DNA from: Limisphaerales bacterium
GTDB taxonomy: Bacteria > Verrucomicrobiota > Verrucomicrobiia > Limisphaerales > SXTU01
Direction: 5' to 3'
Assembly (NCBI GenBank): GCA_041666725.1
Contig: JBAYGL010000002.1
Span: forward strand, 1 to 35,318
Length of the DNA: 35,318 nt
Made by a program: the position numbers and the translations under genes. The notes under the pieces were generated by a model. The model ran no database searches. It worked only from the letters and a program-made list of their open reading frames with translations, and was not told where the DNA came from. Positions 8,301 to 16,683 of this stretch are shown here, piece by piece; the first letter of the stretch is position 1, and the number at the start of each line of letters is the position of its first letter.

Positions 8301-9792
8301 TGCGAAGCGCGTCCTGGCGTCCGCGCCACTCGGCTTCGCAGCGCAGGAGATACTTCTCCGTGACCATCTCGAGAATCGGCCCGACGTTCTGCGCCATGCC
8401 GCCGTGAACGAGCACGAGGGAGTCTTGCAGTTTGCGGCGCGTCTCGGCGGAGGCGTCGTCGAGGTTGAGGATGCGGTGCTGCGGCATGAGCCGGCCGCGA
8501 GAGACGCCGAACTCGGGGTCGCCTTCGCCGGCGATGACGCCCTCGATGAGCTTCATGCCGGGCCAGACGCCGCCGCTGTCCTGCCAGCCGCCGCCCGAGC
8601 CGCCGAGCCATTCGCCCAGCAACGCGCGGGCGAGCACGATGCGGCGCTCATTCTCCTGCAATTCTCCGGTGAGCGACGAGGCCTGTCCCGTCGCGCGCAT
8701 GAGCACGCTCACGAGCGAGCCGAGCAAGTTCGTGCTGACGGCGAGGCGTGAGCCTTTGGGAATGTCGTTCACACACGAGACGAGTTCCAAACCGCGCCCC
8801 GGCCCGACGATGCGCGCGAGCAGTTCGGCGAGGCTTTGCCCGCTGCCTTCAATGCCCGGCGGCACAACGCCCGCCGCGATGACGGCGGCCTTGAGCAGGC
8901 CGAGGTAATCCTTCGCGAAATCAAACACGTCGGACAGCGCGGTGAGGTCCGCCGTAGCACCCAAGTCCACCGAGGTGAGGCGCAGCACCGGCTCGTCGAG
9001 CACGCGGAGCCACGCGCTGACGGGCGGACGCGGCGCGGTATCGCGGCCGTGGATGCCGAGGTCCACGGAGACGTTGAGCACCTTCGCGCCTTCGGGGAAA
9101 TCCATGCCGAGGAAAAAGATATCGCTCCACGCCGAGTGCGTGAGGTCCATGCGCACGGGCGTCAGCTCGCGGAGAATCGGGTAGGTGCCGTCGGGCGCGC
9201 GCTGAAGCAGCTCGGGGCGGAGGCGGAGTGGCTGGTCGGCGGGATGACCGACGCGGAACATCCACTGGTTGCCGCGCACGCTGCGGACGCTGCGGCGGAC
9301 CTGGTCCGCGAGCGTCTGGAAGGCGAGGCGGTGATAGGCGTTGGCGAGCGCGGAGCAAAGGCCGTCGCTGGGGCCGTGCTTGGCTTGCGCGGCGAGGAAG
9401 GTGTCAATCGCCTCTTCGAAGCGGCGGTGGAGGAGCTGCTCGTAGCCACCGAACGGGATGAGGCCCGTAGCCGCCGAGGTAAGGAGGCGGACCTCGGTGG
9501 CATTGTCAGTCTTAGGAATCCGCCTCCTCACCTCGGCGACTACCAGCTTTGCCGGCAAATGAAACCGATGGATGGCGTAGAGGAAGAAGAGGGCGCGGAC
9601 GCGTTCGTAGAGGTTGTCCGCGCGACGGCGGAAGGCGTCGAGTTCGGCACACTCGGCGAGGAGTTGGGCGGCGGTGAGGTCGCGGCACTGCGCGTCGAGC
9701 GAGGCGTTGCGCCTGGCCGCTTTTCGGGAAGTGATGAGATCAACGAGCATGGGGTGAATTGAGGATTGTCCTACCCTGATTTGCTTCCTCAC
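5329..9792 (-). CDS. Bifunctional sugar kinase-like (fucokinase-type GHMP) / UDPGP-family NDP-sugar pyrophosphorylase, carrying four in-frame REPIN insertions and a nested RAYT
   Basis: A single 1487-codon ORF. The N-terminal module has GHMP/fucokinase signatures: [18 protein letters not shown] (divergent motif II), [12 protein letters not shown], and [12 protein letters not shown] (motif III). The C-terminal module is UDPGP-like: [19 protein letters not shown] ... [29 protein letters not shown] ... [10 protein letters not shown]. The start is either GTG 9792, which overlaps the upstream stop as GTGA, or ATG 9750. The foreign elements inside it are listed as separate features. Confidence 0.75.
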   Translation of the reverse strand: MRKQIRVGQSSIHPMLVDLITSRKAARRNASLDAQCRDLTAAQLLAECAELDAFRRRADNLYERVRALFFLYAIHRFHLPAKLVVAEVRRRIPKTDNATEVRLLTSAATGLIPFGGYEQLLHRRFEEAIDTFLAAQAKHGPSDGLCSALANAYHRLAFQTLADQVRRSVRSVRGNQWMFRVGHPADQPLRLRPELLQRAPDGTYPILRELTPVRMDLTHSAWSDIFFLGMDFPEGAKVLNVSVDLGIHGRDTAPRPPVSAWLRVLDEPVLRLTSVDLGATADLTALSDVFDFAKDYLGLLKAAVIAAGVVPPGIEGSGQSLAELLARIVGPGRGLELVSCVNDIPKGSRLAVSTNLLGSLVSVLMRATGQASSLTGELQENERRIVLARALLGEWLGGSGGGWQDSGGVWPGMKLIEGVIAGEGDPEFGVSRGRLMPQHRILNLDDASAETRRKLQDSLVLVHGGMAQNVGPILEMVTEKYLLRCEAEWRGRQDALRILDEVLAALKAGDIRALGAATTRNFREPIQAIIPWASTYFTEQLIERVGREFGDDFWGFWMLGGMSGGGMGFIFAPGRKAEGQRRLQEIMSATKRELQHALPFAMEPVVFDYAINERGTCADLLATDAALMPSGYYALTVPSLLRTDRQELPAARRAELDKFAAACRAKPELRGMVQTLFDTMFPRLKEERAGTQTLDELLAANGFDREAHEAIRADLKSGRIGLAQNRLPANSVIEDVRPEDVTDMRDGARTQTLPEAAEPPAVVGRAASPASSAGCQPATDAAHSAAIEPASPPGGLAVRSTTSGRRPEPLAASVGRTRFTAFDPKRPASIYLRHLPHWRQDGGTYFVTFRLADSLPQTKVRQLQEEREQWLKRYPGTLTAERRRELSEFLWEWQERELDQGHGSCALTRSDIADVVEECLRHFDGQRYELGSFVIMPNHVHLLVRPVMGHELTRLLHTWKSYTAKEINRRLGRTGTLWQEESFDHIVRNEAELDRYGRYIEANPAQAGLAKGAYRLGWGSAALAPEAGATVGRAPSPAGSAGCQPAASEPLPPPKGAGSGLAVRSTTSGRRPELLRERGLAALRNGEAAVVTLAAGAASRWTQGAGVVKSLHPFCKLGGRHRTFLEVHLAKSRKVARLAGKSVPHVVTTSYLTHAPLSEFLGANQNYGYDGSLLLSRGASVGLRLVPTARDLRFAWEEMPQQVLDEQQQKVRDSLRAALLRWAESAGEATDYRDNLPLQCLHPVGHFYEVPNLLRNGTLAALLRERPQLKTLLLHNIDTTGANLDPALLGQHLASGATLSFEVITRRLDDRGGGLARVDGRTRLVEGLAMPHEELEFGLSYYNTLTTWIDVDGFLRALGLTREDILRSRRGQEAEFGETTKSASSPRRLQDEADTKITAAIRALAAKVPTYITTKDVKKRWGHGQEDVFPVAQFEKLWGDLTALPEIDSRFLVVDRARGQQLKDQAQLDGWLRDGSAAYVESLCAWE
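5625..5693. repeat. REPIN-like palindromic element family 2, copy 1 (in frame in the UDPGP module)
   Basis: GTAGCCGCCGAGGTGAGGAGGCGGA (5625..5649) pairs with TCCGCCTCCTGACCTCGGCGGCTAC (5669..5693). This is a 25-nt inverted repeat with 1 mismatch and a 19-nt loop. The total length is 69 nt, which is 23 codons, translated as (R)[23 protein letters not shown]. Confidence 0.75.
6568..6704. repeat. REPIN family 1, copy a (inverted doublet of a ~50-nt REP)
   Basis: Arm A spans 6568/6574..6617 (ctcgggccgccggcccgaggttgtagagcggactgccagtccgc). Arm B spans 6656..6704 (gcgggctggcagcccgcactacctgccgggctgggagcccggcctactg). The reverse complement of A aligns with B along its whole length, and the spacer is 38 nt. 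Each arm contains two short hairpins, for example GCGGACT-GCC-AGTCCGC and GCCGGGCTG-G-GAGCCCGGC. Confidence 0.8.
6736..7353 (-). CDS. REP-associated tyrosine transposase (RAYT, IS200/Y1 HUH family) module, in frame with the host ORF and lacking its own stop codon
   Basis: Host residues 814-1019 read (V/M)[37 protein letters not shown]...[14 protein letters not shown]...[12 protein letters not shown]...[35 protein letters not shown]. The HUH motif HVH is at 6970..6978 and the candidate catalytic Tyr at 6907..6909. A possible own start is GTG at 7351..7353. There is no in-frame stop before the host stop at 5329. Confidence 0.8.
7363..7508. repeat. REPIN family 1, copy b
   Basis: Arm A at 7369..7412 differs from copy a at 1 of 44 positions. 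Arm B at 7460..7508 differs at 4 of 49 positions. The 47-nt spacer is unrelated to that of copy a. The offsets between copies (795 and 804 nt) are both multiples of 3, so both copies are read in the same frame (GRA.SPA.SAGCQPA ... [14 protein letters not shown]). Confidence 0.8.
9467..9543. repeat. REPIN-like palindromic element family 2, copy 2 (in frame in the kinase-like module)
   Basis: GTAGCCGCCGAGGTAAGGAGGCGGA (9467..9491) pairs with TCCGCCTCCTCACCTCGGCGACTAC (9519..9543). The 25-nt arms are the same as in copy 1, with 2 mismatches between arms. The 27-nt loop differs from copy 1. It is translated in a different frame from copy 1, as [26 protein letters not shown]. Confidence 0.75.
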
Positions 9793-10634
9793 TTCGCCCG
9801 CTGCGCCAGCAGCTCCACCAGCCCCGTCAGCACTTCATCCCGGTCCTTGCCGCTGAGGGCCAGCGCGAGTTGCGCGGTGAGCAGGCCGTAGTGCGCGCCG
9901 ATGTCGTAGCGGCGACCGGTCAGTTCGGCGGCGAGGTAACGCTCCTTGCGCGCGAGCTTGGCCAGCGTGGCGGAGAGGTGGACGCCGCCGCGTGTGCCGG
10001 CCGCAGCGACTTCCTCCGCCAGCAACGCCATGACGGTCGGCGTGAGAACGTGCATCCCGAAGAAGCAGAGGTAGTGGCCCGCGCGCAGGCCGGGGACGAT
10101 CAGCCGCTGCTCGGCTTCTGTGGGGGTGGGCTTCTCGACGACCTCGGTGATTTCGTAGAGGCCCTTGCGCGCGGCGACGAGGCGTCCGCCCACTGCACCG
10201 TAGTAAGGCAGCTTGCTCTCGTGCGTGGCCTGCACGGCGGACACGGCGCAATCCTCCTTGGCCGCGACCTCGACAAGCTGCTGCGCACACCGGCGGACTT
10301 CGCCACTGACGTAAAGATGGTCACCGACGAGCAGGAGGAACGGCTTCTTCCCGGCGAACTTCGCCGCGCACGACACCGCGTGGCCGTAGCCCAGCGGCTG
10401 CTTCTGCTCGACGAACTCCAGGCGCTTCGCGTGCTCACCGGCTGCGGCGCGGTAAGCCTTCTCATCGCCGGGGCAGACCACGACGCACAGCTCCTCGATG
10501 CCCGCCGCGAGGACTTCCTCGATGATGATGGCCAGGGCGGTCTTGGTCTGGCCGTCGCGGTCCACGAGGGACTGGAGCGGGAGCGTGCGCTGGCTCTTGC
10601 CGGCGGCGGTGATGATGGCGCGTTTGATGTCCAT
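9789..10634 (-). CDS. Sugar-phosphate nucleotidyltransferase, GalU-like (divergent)
   Basis: Internal ATG (cat at 10632..10634) of track ORF 9789..10802. The product starts [53 protein letters not shown]..., resembling the GalU N-terminus, but the G-x-G-T-R loop is replaced by GKSQR. The PLGYGHAV and VGDH segments are GalU-like. Its stop overlaps the candidate GTG start of the next gene. Confidence 0.7.
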   Translation of the reverse strand: MDIKRAIITAAGKSQRTLPLQSLVDRDGQTKTALAIIIEEVLAAGIEELCVVVCPGDEKAYRAAAGEHAKRLEFVEQKQPLGYGHAVSCAAKFAGKKPFLLLVGDHLYVSGEVRRCAQQLVEVAAKEDCAVSAVQATHESKLPYYGAVGGRLVAARKGLYEITEVVEKPTPTEAEQRLIVPGLRAGHYLCFFGMHVLTPTVMALLAEEVAAAGTRGGVHLSATLAKLARKERYLAAELTGRRYDIGAHYGLLTAQLALALSGKDRDEVLTGLVELLAQRAK

Positions 10635-10971
10635 GTGGAGAAAGTGATCTGTGTTCTGGCAGCAGCCCGGTCGCCGGGGGACTATGCCGGAAACAGGTCT
10701 TCCGTTGCCAGTTCGGAAGAATGCGGGTCTGGAGGAAGCCGCATCTACAGCCACTTCCCGACTTCCCCTGGCGCCTGCGGTCCGGTATTCATTCCGCGCC
10801 AATTGTCCCGGCCTGATGGAACAACGAGCACAACTTGACGTCCGTGATCGCGAGCCTCATCGGCCCGCTCTTGTGATGACGGCGAAGCCTGGCGACTCGG
10901 TCCGCCTGAACATTTTTGCCGGCAGATTCCGCTTTCTTCACACCTGTTCCACCCTGACACTTTCCTGACCT

Positions 10972-11634
10972 ATGGGCCAACTGATGAACTTCTTCACGCC
11001 GCTGCACAAGCGGACGGCGCGCAAATACATTGACCGCATGGTGGACGACAAGGTCGCCTGCATGCTCAAGGCCAAGGAATACGAGTTCGACTACTGGGAT
11101 GGCGACCGGCGCTTCGGCTACGGCGGCTACAAATACGACGGGCGCTGGAAGGCCGTGGCGGAGCAGATGATCGCCCACTACCAGCTCAAGCCGGACGCGA
11201 AGATCCTCGATGTGGGCTGCGGCAAGGCGCACCTGCTCTACGAACTCCAGCAGTTGCTGCCGAATGCGGAGCTGGTCGGCTTCGACATATCGAAGCACGG
11301 CATGGCCACCGCGCCGGAGCCGGTGCGCCCAAAGCTCATGCGCTACCGTGCGCAGGACGCCTACCCGTGGGGAGACAAGCATTTCGACCTCGTGATCTCG
11401 CTGGGCTGCTTCCACAACCTCCGCATCTTCGAGCTGAAGACCGCCCTGGCGGAAGTCGAGCGCGTGGGCAAGCGCGGCTACGTGATGCTGGAGAGCTACC
11501 GCAACGAGCAGGAGCAGTTCAACCTCCAGTGCTGGGCGCTGACCGCCGAGTCGTTCTTCGACACCGCGGAGTGGATCTGGCTCTACAACCACTTCGGTTT
11601 CACCGGCGACTACGAGTTCATTTACTTCGAGTAA
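10972..11634 (+). CDS. Class I SAM-dependent methyltransferase
   Basis: The 220-aa ORF has motif I ILDVGCGKAHLL and the post-I segment VGFDIS. It is the first gene of the plus-strand cluster. Confidence 0.8.
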   Translation: MGQLMNFFTPLHKRTARKYIDRMVDDKVACMLKAKEYEFDYWDGDRRFGYGGYKYDGRWKAVAEQMIAHYQLKPDAKILDVGCGKAHLLYELQQLLPNAELVGFDISKHGMATAPEPVRPKLMRYRAQDAYPWGDKHFDLVISLGCFHNLRIFELKTALAEVERVGKRGYVMLESYRNEQEQFNLQCWALTAESFFDTAEWIWLYNHFGFTGDYEFIYFE

Positions 11635-11655
11635 ACAGCGGGTTTCACATCACGC

Positions 11656-12714
11656 ATGAAGTTCAGGGCAGCCATTCTCACCGAGCTGAAGCAGCCGCTC
11701 GTGATTGAAGAAATCGAGTCCGGCCCGCTGCGCTTCGGGCAGGTGCTCGTGAAGATCCATTGCAGCGGCATCTGCGGCGCGCAGATCAATGAGATCGAGG
11801 GCGCGAAGGGCCCGGACAAATTTCTCCCGCACCTGCTCGGTCACGAGGCGACCGGCACCGTGCAGGAAGTCGGCGAAGGCGTGACGAACGTAAAGCCCGG
11901 CGACCGCGTTGTGTGTCACTGGCGCAAGGGCGCGGGTCTGCAGGGGCCGGTGGCGGCCTACACGTCGAAGCGTTTCCCCAAGATCAACTCCGGCTGGATC
12001 ACGACCTTCGGCGAGTATTCCGTCGTCTCCGAAAATCGCGTCACGCGCATCCCGGCGGACTTCGACGCCGAGGCCGGCGCGCTCTTCGGCTGCGCGGTCA
12101 CGACCGCGATGGGCGTGCTGAACAACAACGCCAGGCTCGGCATCGGCGAGAGCATCGTCATTCTCGGCACCGGCGGCGTGGGGTTGAACCTCGTGCAGTT
12201 CGCCGCGATGGTCGGCGCTCACCCGATCATCGGCGTGGACTTGCACGACCACAAACTGGCGCTGGCCAGGAAGCTCGGGGCGACGCACACGCTCAATGCG
12301 CGCGGCGTGAATCTCGTCGAGGAAGTCCGCAAGATCGTTGGCGCGGCGGGCGCGGATGTGGCCATCGAGAACACCGGCCTCGCGGACATCATCGAGCAAG
12401 CCTACGAGATGACGGCGTCGCAGGGCCGGGTCATTCTCGTCGGCGTTCCGGCAAAGAGCGCGCGGCATCCGAGTTTTTACACGCTGCCGTTGCACTTCAA
12501 AAAAGTGCTGACCGGTTCCGAAGGTGGCGACTGCCGGCCCGAGGTGGACATCCCGAAACTCGTGCGGCTCCATCAGGCGGGGAAGCTCAAGTTCGACGGT
12601 CTGGTGAGCAAACGTTACCGCCTCGACGACATCAACGAGGCCATCGACGACTTGAAGCAGGGCCGCGCCGCCGGGCGCTGTCTCGTCTGGATGGACGAAC
12701 CGCCGTCTCGTTGA
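11656..12714 (+). CDS. Zinc-dependent alcohol dehydrogenase family (MDR) oxidoreductase
   Basis: The 352-aa ORF has CSGICGAQ and GHEATGTV (catalytic Zn ligand region) and the GTGGVGLNLVQFA dinucleotide fold. Confidence 0.85.
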   Translation: MKFRAAILTELKQPLVIEEIESGPLRFGQVLVKIHCSGICGAQINEIEGAKGPDKFLPHLLGHEATGTVQEVGEGVTNVKPGDRVVCHWRKGAGLQGPVAAYTSKRFPKINSGWITTFGEYSVVSENRVTRIPADFDAEAGALFGCAVTTAMGVLNNNARLGIGESIVILGTGGVGLNLVQFAAMVGAHPIIGVDLHDHKLALARKLGATHTLNARGVNLVEEVRKIVGAAGADVAIENTGLADIIEQAYEMTASQGRVILVGVPAKSARHPSFYTLPLHFKKVLTGSEGGDCRPEVDIPKLVRLHQAGKLKFDGLVSKRYRLDDINEAIDDLKQGRAAGRCLVWMDEPPSR

Positions 12715-12721
12715 GCCACGG

Positions 12722-13633
12722 ATGAGCGAGTGCCTCAACGCGGGGAAGAAGCCGGAGTTCAGCCGCATCGTGGTGTTGGGGAGCGGAGGCTTCATCGGCA
12801 CCCAACTTTGCAGGCGGCTCAAAGAAATTTCTCCCGGCACGGAAATCGTGGGCCGCGCCCTGCCGGCTCTGGACCTCACGAATGAGGAGCACGCGGCGCG
12901 GCTGGCGGGTCTGTTCACGCGGGACGCGGCGGTCATCTCGCTGGCAGCCATCAAGCGGCAGCTGGGCGACAACCTCGACAGTTTCACGGCGAACCTCAAA
13001 ATCTCCACGAACCTCTCGCGAGTGCTCGCGCAGCATCCGGTCGCGCGGTTTGTTTACCTCAGTTCTGCGGCGGTCTATGGGGAAGAGACGACGAACACGC
13101 GCATCACGGAGGAAACCGCGCCGCGCGCGACCTCCTACTACGGCATGGCAAAGCTCGCGTCGGAACTGCTGTTGAGGAAGGCGGCGGAACAAAATGGTCA
13201 CACGGCGCTGCTGTGCGTCCGCCCGCCGCTGATCTACGGTCCCGGCGACCAGGGCGGTTACGGCCCGACGGGTTTCATAAAATCGGCCCTGCGTGGCGAA
13301 CCCATCGTGCTGTGGGGCGACGGGACGGAGCAGCGCGAATTCGTCTACGTGGCGGACGCGGTGCAGGCGCTCGGCGAAGTGTTGTTTCAGGATTGCGCCG
13401 GCGTGCTGAACCTTGCGAGCGGCCGCAGTTACAACTATCTCGACGCCGTTGCGGCGGTGGAGCAGTGCGTGTCATCAAGTCGTCCCGTGACGCAGCGTCC
13501 GCGCTCGAAGGGAAAGGCGGACCACGGGTTCGACAATGCCCGGCTGCGCGCACTTCTGCCGGATCTCCAGTTTACAGACCTGGGCGAAGGCGTCCGTCTG
13601 ACGATGGCTTCACAGCACCTCGCAACCACCTGA
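12722..13633 (+). CDS. NAD-dependent epimerase/dehydratase family (extended SDR) protein
   Basis: The 303-aa ORF has VVLGSGGFIGTQL (GxxGxxG) and YYGMAKL (YxxxK). Confidence 0.85.
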   Translation: MSECLNAGKKPEFSRIVVLGSGGFIGTQLCRRLKEISPGTEIVGRALPALDLTNEEHAARLAGLFTRDAAVISLAAIKRQLGDNLDSFTANLKISTNLSRVLAQHPVARFVYLSSAAVYGEETTNTRITEETAPRATSYYGMAKLASELLLRKAAEQNGHTALLCVRPPLIYGPGDQGGYGPTGFIKSALRGEPIVLWGDGTEQREFVYVADAVQALGEVLFQDCAGVLNLASGRSYNYLDAVAAVEQCVSSSRPVTQRPRSKGKADHGFDNARLRALLPDLQFTDLGEGVRLTMASQHLATT

Positions 13634-13640
13634 TTTCATC

Positions 13641-14852
13641 ATGAGAACCTGTTCTGCCTGCCAGGCCCCCGCAGTGGAATTGCTGCGTGATTACGGTCCG
13701 CATCCCATTTGCAACCGCTACCTCACCACGGCGGATGCGCCGGAGTTTGCGCACCCGATGGTCATCGGCCAGTGCGGCGCGTGCGGGCTGGTGCAGACGC
13801 TCGATCCGGTGCCGGCGGCGGAGCTGGTGCCGGCGGTGGACTGGATTGCCTACAACGAACCGGAGGGCCATCTGGATGCGGTCGCGGAGACGTTGGCCTG
13901 CCTGCCGGGATTGAAACCCGGCGCCGTGTGCGCAGGAGTGAGTTTCAAGGACGACACGTTGCTGGCCCGGATGCAGCGGCGCGGCCTGACTGCATGGCGG
14001 CTGGACATGGAAGCCGATCTTGGCATCACGCGGAAAGGCTGCGGCGTGGAATCCATCCAGGCCCGGCTCGACCTGGCACGGGCGGCGACAATCACCGCGA
14101 AGCGGGGAGGGGCGGACTTGGTCATCGCGCGGCATATTCTGGAACATGCGCACGATCTGCGCGGTTTCATCACGGCGGTGCGCGCGCTGGCGAAACCCGG
14201 CGGCCACGTGGTCTTCGAAGTGCCGGACTGCACGCTGGCGTTCGATCTCAGGGACATCACGACGCTGTGGGAGGAGCACACGGTCTATTTTACCCCGGCG
14301 ACGTTCCAGAGCACGGTTTCCAGCGGCGGCGCGGCGCTCGTGAACTTTTCAATTCACCCGTATCCATTCGAGAACTGCCTCGTAGGCGTGACGCGGACGG
14401 ATGCGGGCGCGCCGGCTGCGGTGGCCTCGAAGGAAACGCTCGCCGCCGAGCAGAGGCGGGCGCGGGCGTTCGCCGAATCGCTGCCTGCCCGGCGTGAGGA
14501 GATGCGCCGGTTTCTGACGGACTTCCGGGCGCGTCACGGAAAGATCGCCGTGCTGGGCGCGGGACATCTGGCCTGCACGTGGATTCACCTGCTAGGGCTG
14601 GCGGAGTTCGTCGAGTTTCTGGCGGACGACAATCCGCACAAGCAAAACCATTTCCTGCCCGGCGCGCGGCTGCCGATCCGCGGCTCGTCCAGTTTGCTCA
14701 CGGAGAACATCAAGCTCTGTCTGCTGGCCGTCAGCCCCGAGGCGGAGCCAAAAGTCATTGCGCGGAACCATGAGTTCGTCGGGCGGGGCGGGCGCATCGC
14801 GTCCATCTTCCCGGCGAGCCGGAACGCGCTTGTCATTGAGAAGCCAGCTTGA
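13641..14852 (+). CDS. NDP-sugar C-methyltransferase family protein (TylCIII-like), divergent paralogue
   Basis: The 403-aa ORF has an N-terminal Zn-ribbon (CSAC...CGAC) and the C-terminal C-methyltransferase domain pattern (KIAVLGAGHLA...FLADDNPHKQNHFLPGARLPI). The SAM motif I region reads CAGVSFKDDTLL rather than the E.G.NDG form seen in the paralogue at 15421. Confidence 0.75.
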   Translation: MRTCSACQAPAVELLRDYGPHPICNRYLTTADAPEFAHPMVIGQCGACGLVQTLDPVPAAELVPAVDWIAYNEPEGHLDAVAETLACLPGLKPGAVCAGVSFKDDTLLARMQRRGLTAWRLDMEADLGITRKGCGVESIQARLDLARAATITAKRGGADLVIARHILEHAHDLRGFITAVRALAKPGGHVVFEVPDCTLAFDLRDITTLWEEHTVYFTPATFQSTVSSGGAALVNFSIHPYPFENCLVGVTRTDAGAPAAVASKETLAAEQRRARAFAESLPARREEMRRFLTDFRARHGKIAVLGAGHLACTWIHLLGLAEFVEFLADDNPHKQNHFLPGARLPIRGSSSLLTENIKLCLLAVSPEAEPKVIARNHEFVGRGGRIASIFPASRNALVIEKPA

Positions 14853-14864
14853 AAAGGTCTGCGC

Positions 14865-15410
14865 GTGCAGCTCAAACCCTACAACGCGGAAGTGGTGTTC
14901 GCCGCCGACAGCATCGTTCAGATCGCCGGGGCGGACATCGAGGCGTTGAAGGTGGAGGCGGCGCAGAATCCCCGGCGTCGCAAGCGGATCTGCGCGCATC
15001 CGGACAGCGGCGACCGGCTGCACGAGATGTTCATCGTCCACGAGCGCGGCTGCTACGTGCGGCCGCACAAGCATGTGGACAAGTGCGAGTCGCTTCATGT
15101 CATCGAGGGCACGGCGGACGCGGTGTTCTTTCACGAAGACGGCTCGCTCCGCGATGTGGTCACGCTGGGCGAGTATCGCACGGACGGACGGTTCTTCTAC
15201 CGGGTTGCCGGGCCGGTCTATCACACGTTGCTGATCAGCTCTCCGGTGTTTGTATTCCACGAAACCACCGGCGGGCCGTTCAGGCGGGAAGACACGATCT
15301 TCGCCCCGTGGGCTCCGACGGAAGATCAACCCGACGCGGTGGGAGCCTTCACCCGGCGGGTGACGGAAGCCGTCGCCGCCTTCAAACGCGGCCGCAATCC
15401 TGAAAGTTGA
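14865..15410 (+). CDS. wbuC: WbuC-family cupin-fold metalloprotein
   Basis: The 181-aa ORF starts at GTG. The segment RRRKRICAHPDSGDRLHEMFIVHERGCYVRPHKHVDKCESLHVIEGTADAVFFHEDGS matches my memory of the WbuC cupin signature found in polysaccharide clusters. Confidence 0.7.
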   Translation: MQLKPYNAEVVFAADSIVQIAGADIEALKVEAAQNPRRRKRICAHPDSGDRLHEMFIVHERGCYVRPHKHVDKCESLHVIEGTADAVFFHEDGSLRDVVTLGEYRTDGRFFYRVAGPVYHTLLISSPVFVFHETTGGPFRREDTIFAPWAPTEDQPDAVGAFTRRVTEAVAAFKRGRNPES

Positions 15411-15420
15411 ATTTCATCCG

Positions 15421-16683
15421 ATGAGCAAGTCCTGTTTCCGCCGCACCACCTGCCGACTTTGTGGCAGTGCCGAACTTGATCTGGCGTTGCGCCTCCGGCC
15501 CATGCCCATCGCCGATGGCTTCGTGCCTGCGGAGCTGAAGGACGTGCCCCAGGAGTGCTTCCCGCTCGACCTGTTTCTTTGCCGCAACTGCGGACATGCG
15601 CAACTGCTGGACGTGGTGGACCCGGAAATCCTCTATCGCAGCTACATCTACACGACCTCGACCTCACTTGGGCTTGACCAGCATTACAAGCAATACGCCG
15701 CCGACATGGTGGCTGTCGCACGGCCGCCGGCGAACGGCCTGGTCATGGAACTGGGCAGCAACGACGGCACGTTGCTCCGTTGCTTTCAGGCACACGGGCT
15801 GCGGACGCTGGGCATCGACCCGGCGCGGGAAGTGGCCCGGCGCGCGACGGAATCCGGTGTCGAGACGCTGCCGGAGTATTTCACCACCGAGCTTGCCCGC
15901 CGGCTGAAACGCGAACGCGGACCCGCCGACATCATTTGTGCGAACAACGTCATCGCGAACATCGACCAGGTGGGTGACGCCTTCGATGGAATCGGCGAAT
16001 TGCTCGCCCCGGAAGGTGTCTTTGTGTTCGAGACGGGATACCAGCTTCCCATCATCCAGAACCTCCTGTTCGAGACGATTTATCACGAGCATCTCGACTA
16101 TCATTCCGTGAAGCCGATGCAGAAGTTTTGCGAGCGGCACGGCCTCCGGCTCTTCGCGGCGAAGCACATCCCGACCAAGGGCGGGTCCCTGCGCGGCCTG
16201 GTTTGTCACGCAAACAGCGGCCGTGCGACGGAAAGTTCGGTGGGCGAACTCATCCGCCGGGAAACCGAGGCGGGCATCCACACCCTCGCGGCCCATCACG
16301 TCTATGGAGCCCGCATCGAGAAGTTGAAGCAGGACCTGCTGACACTGCTGCGCGGCCTGCGGCAGCAGGGAAAACGCATCGCCGCCTTCGGTGCTGCGAA
16401 CGCGGTGACGACGCTGACGCATCATTTCGAGATCGGTGAGTTCATCGAGTTCGTCGTGGATGACAATCCCAGGAAACAAGGCACCTTCAGCCCTGGCTAC
16501 CACACGCCCGTGCTGCCGATGCAGGCGCTCTACGACCGGAAGCCGGACTACGTGCTGGTGCTGGCCTGGCGGTTCCTGGAGCCGTTTCAAAGGAAGAACC
16601 AGGCATACCTGGACCAGGGCGGGCGCTTCATCGTGCCGCTCCCGGAGCTGAGGATCATCCGAGGCGTTACAACAGTGGCATGA
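15421..16683 (+). CDS. NDP-sugar C-methyltransferase (TylCIII-like)
   Basis: The 420-aa ORF has a Zn-ribbon (CRLCG...CRNCG), motif I VMELGSNDGTLL, NNVIANI, and the C-terminal domain RIAAFGAANAVTTL...VVDDNPRKQGTFSPGYHTPV. Confidence 0.85.
   Translation: MSKSCFRRTTCRLCGSAELDLALRLRPMPIADGFVPAELKDVPQECFPLDLFLCRNCGHAQLLDVVDPEILYRSYIYTTSTSLGLDQHYKQYAADMVAVARPPANGLVMELGSNDGTLLRCFQAHGLRTLGIDPAREVARRATESGVETLPEYFTTELARRLKRERGPADIICANNVIANIDQVGDAFDGIGELLAPEGVFVFETGYQLPIIQNLLFETIYHEHLDYHSVKPMQKFCERHGLRLFAAKHIPTKGGSLRGLVCHANSGRATESSVGELIRRETEAGIHTLAAHHVYGARIEKLKQDLLTLLRGLRQQGKRIAAFGAANAVTTLTHHFEIGEFIEFVVDDNPRKQGTFSPGYHTPVLPMQALYDRKPDYVLVLAWRFLEPFQRKNQAYLDQGGRFIVPLPELRIIRGVTTVA

Noticed and set aside
6838-8751. 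637-aa plus-strand ORF opposite the kinase/UDPGP gene
   Set aside because: The antisense frame has Arg/Gly/Ala-rich low-information sequence, while the opposite strand carries recognisable GHMP and RAYT motifs.
10651-10968. 105-aa ORF filling the divergent intergenic region, and the 71-aa antisense ORF at 10745..10960
   Set aside because: It is Arg/Pro/Ala-rich with no motif or plausible translation signals, so the region is more likely promoter or leader DNA. It is kept only as an unexplained spacer in the findings.
11650-13008. 452-aa minus-strand ORF across the ADH and epimerase genes
   Set aside because: It is antisense to two ORFs with textbook dinucleotide-fold and catalytic motifs, and its composition is shadow-ORF-like.
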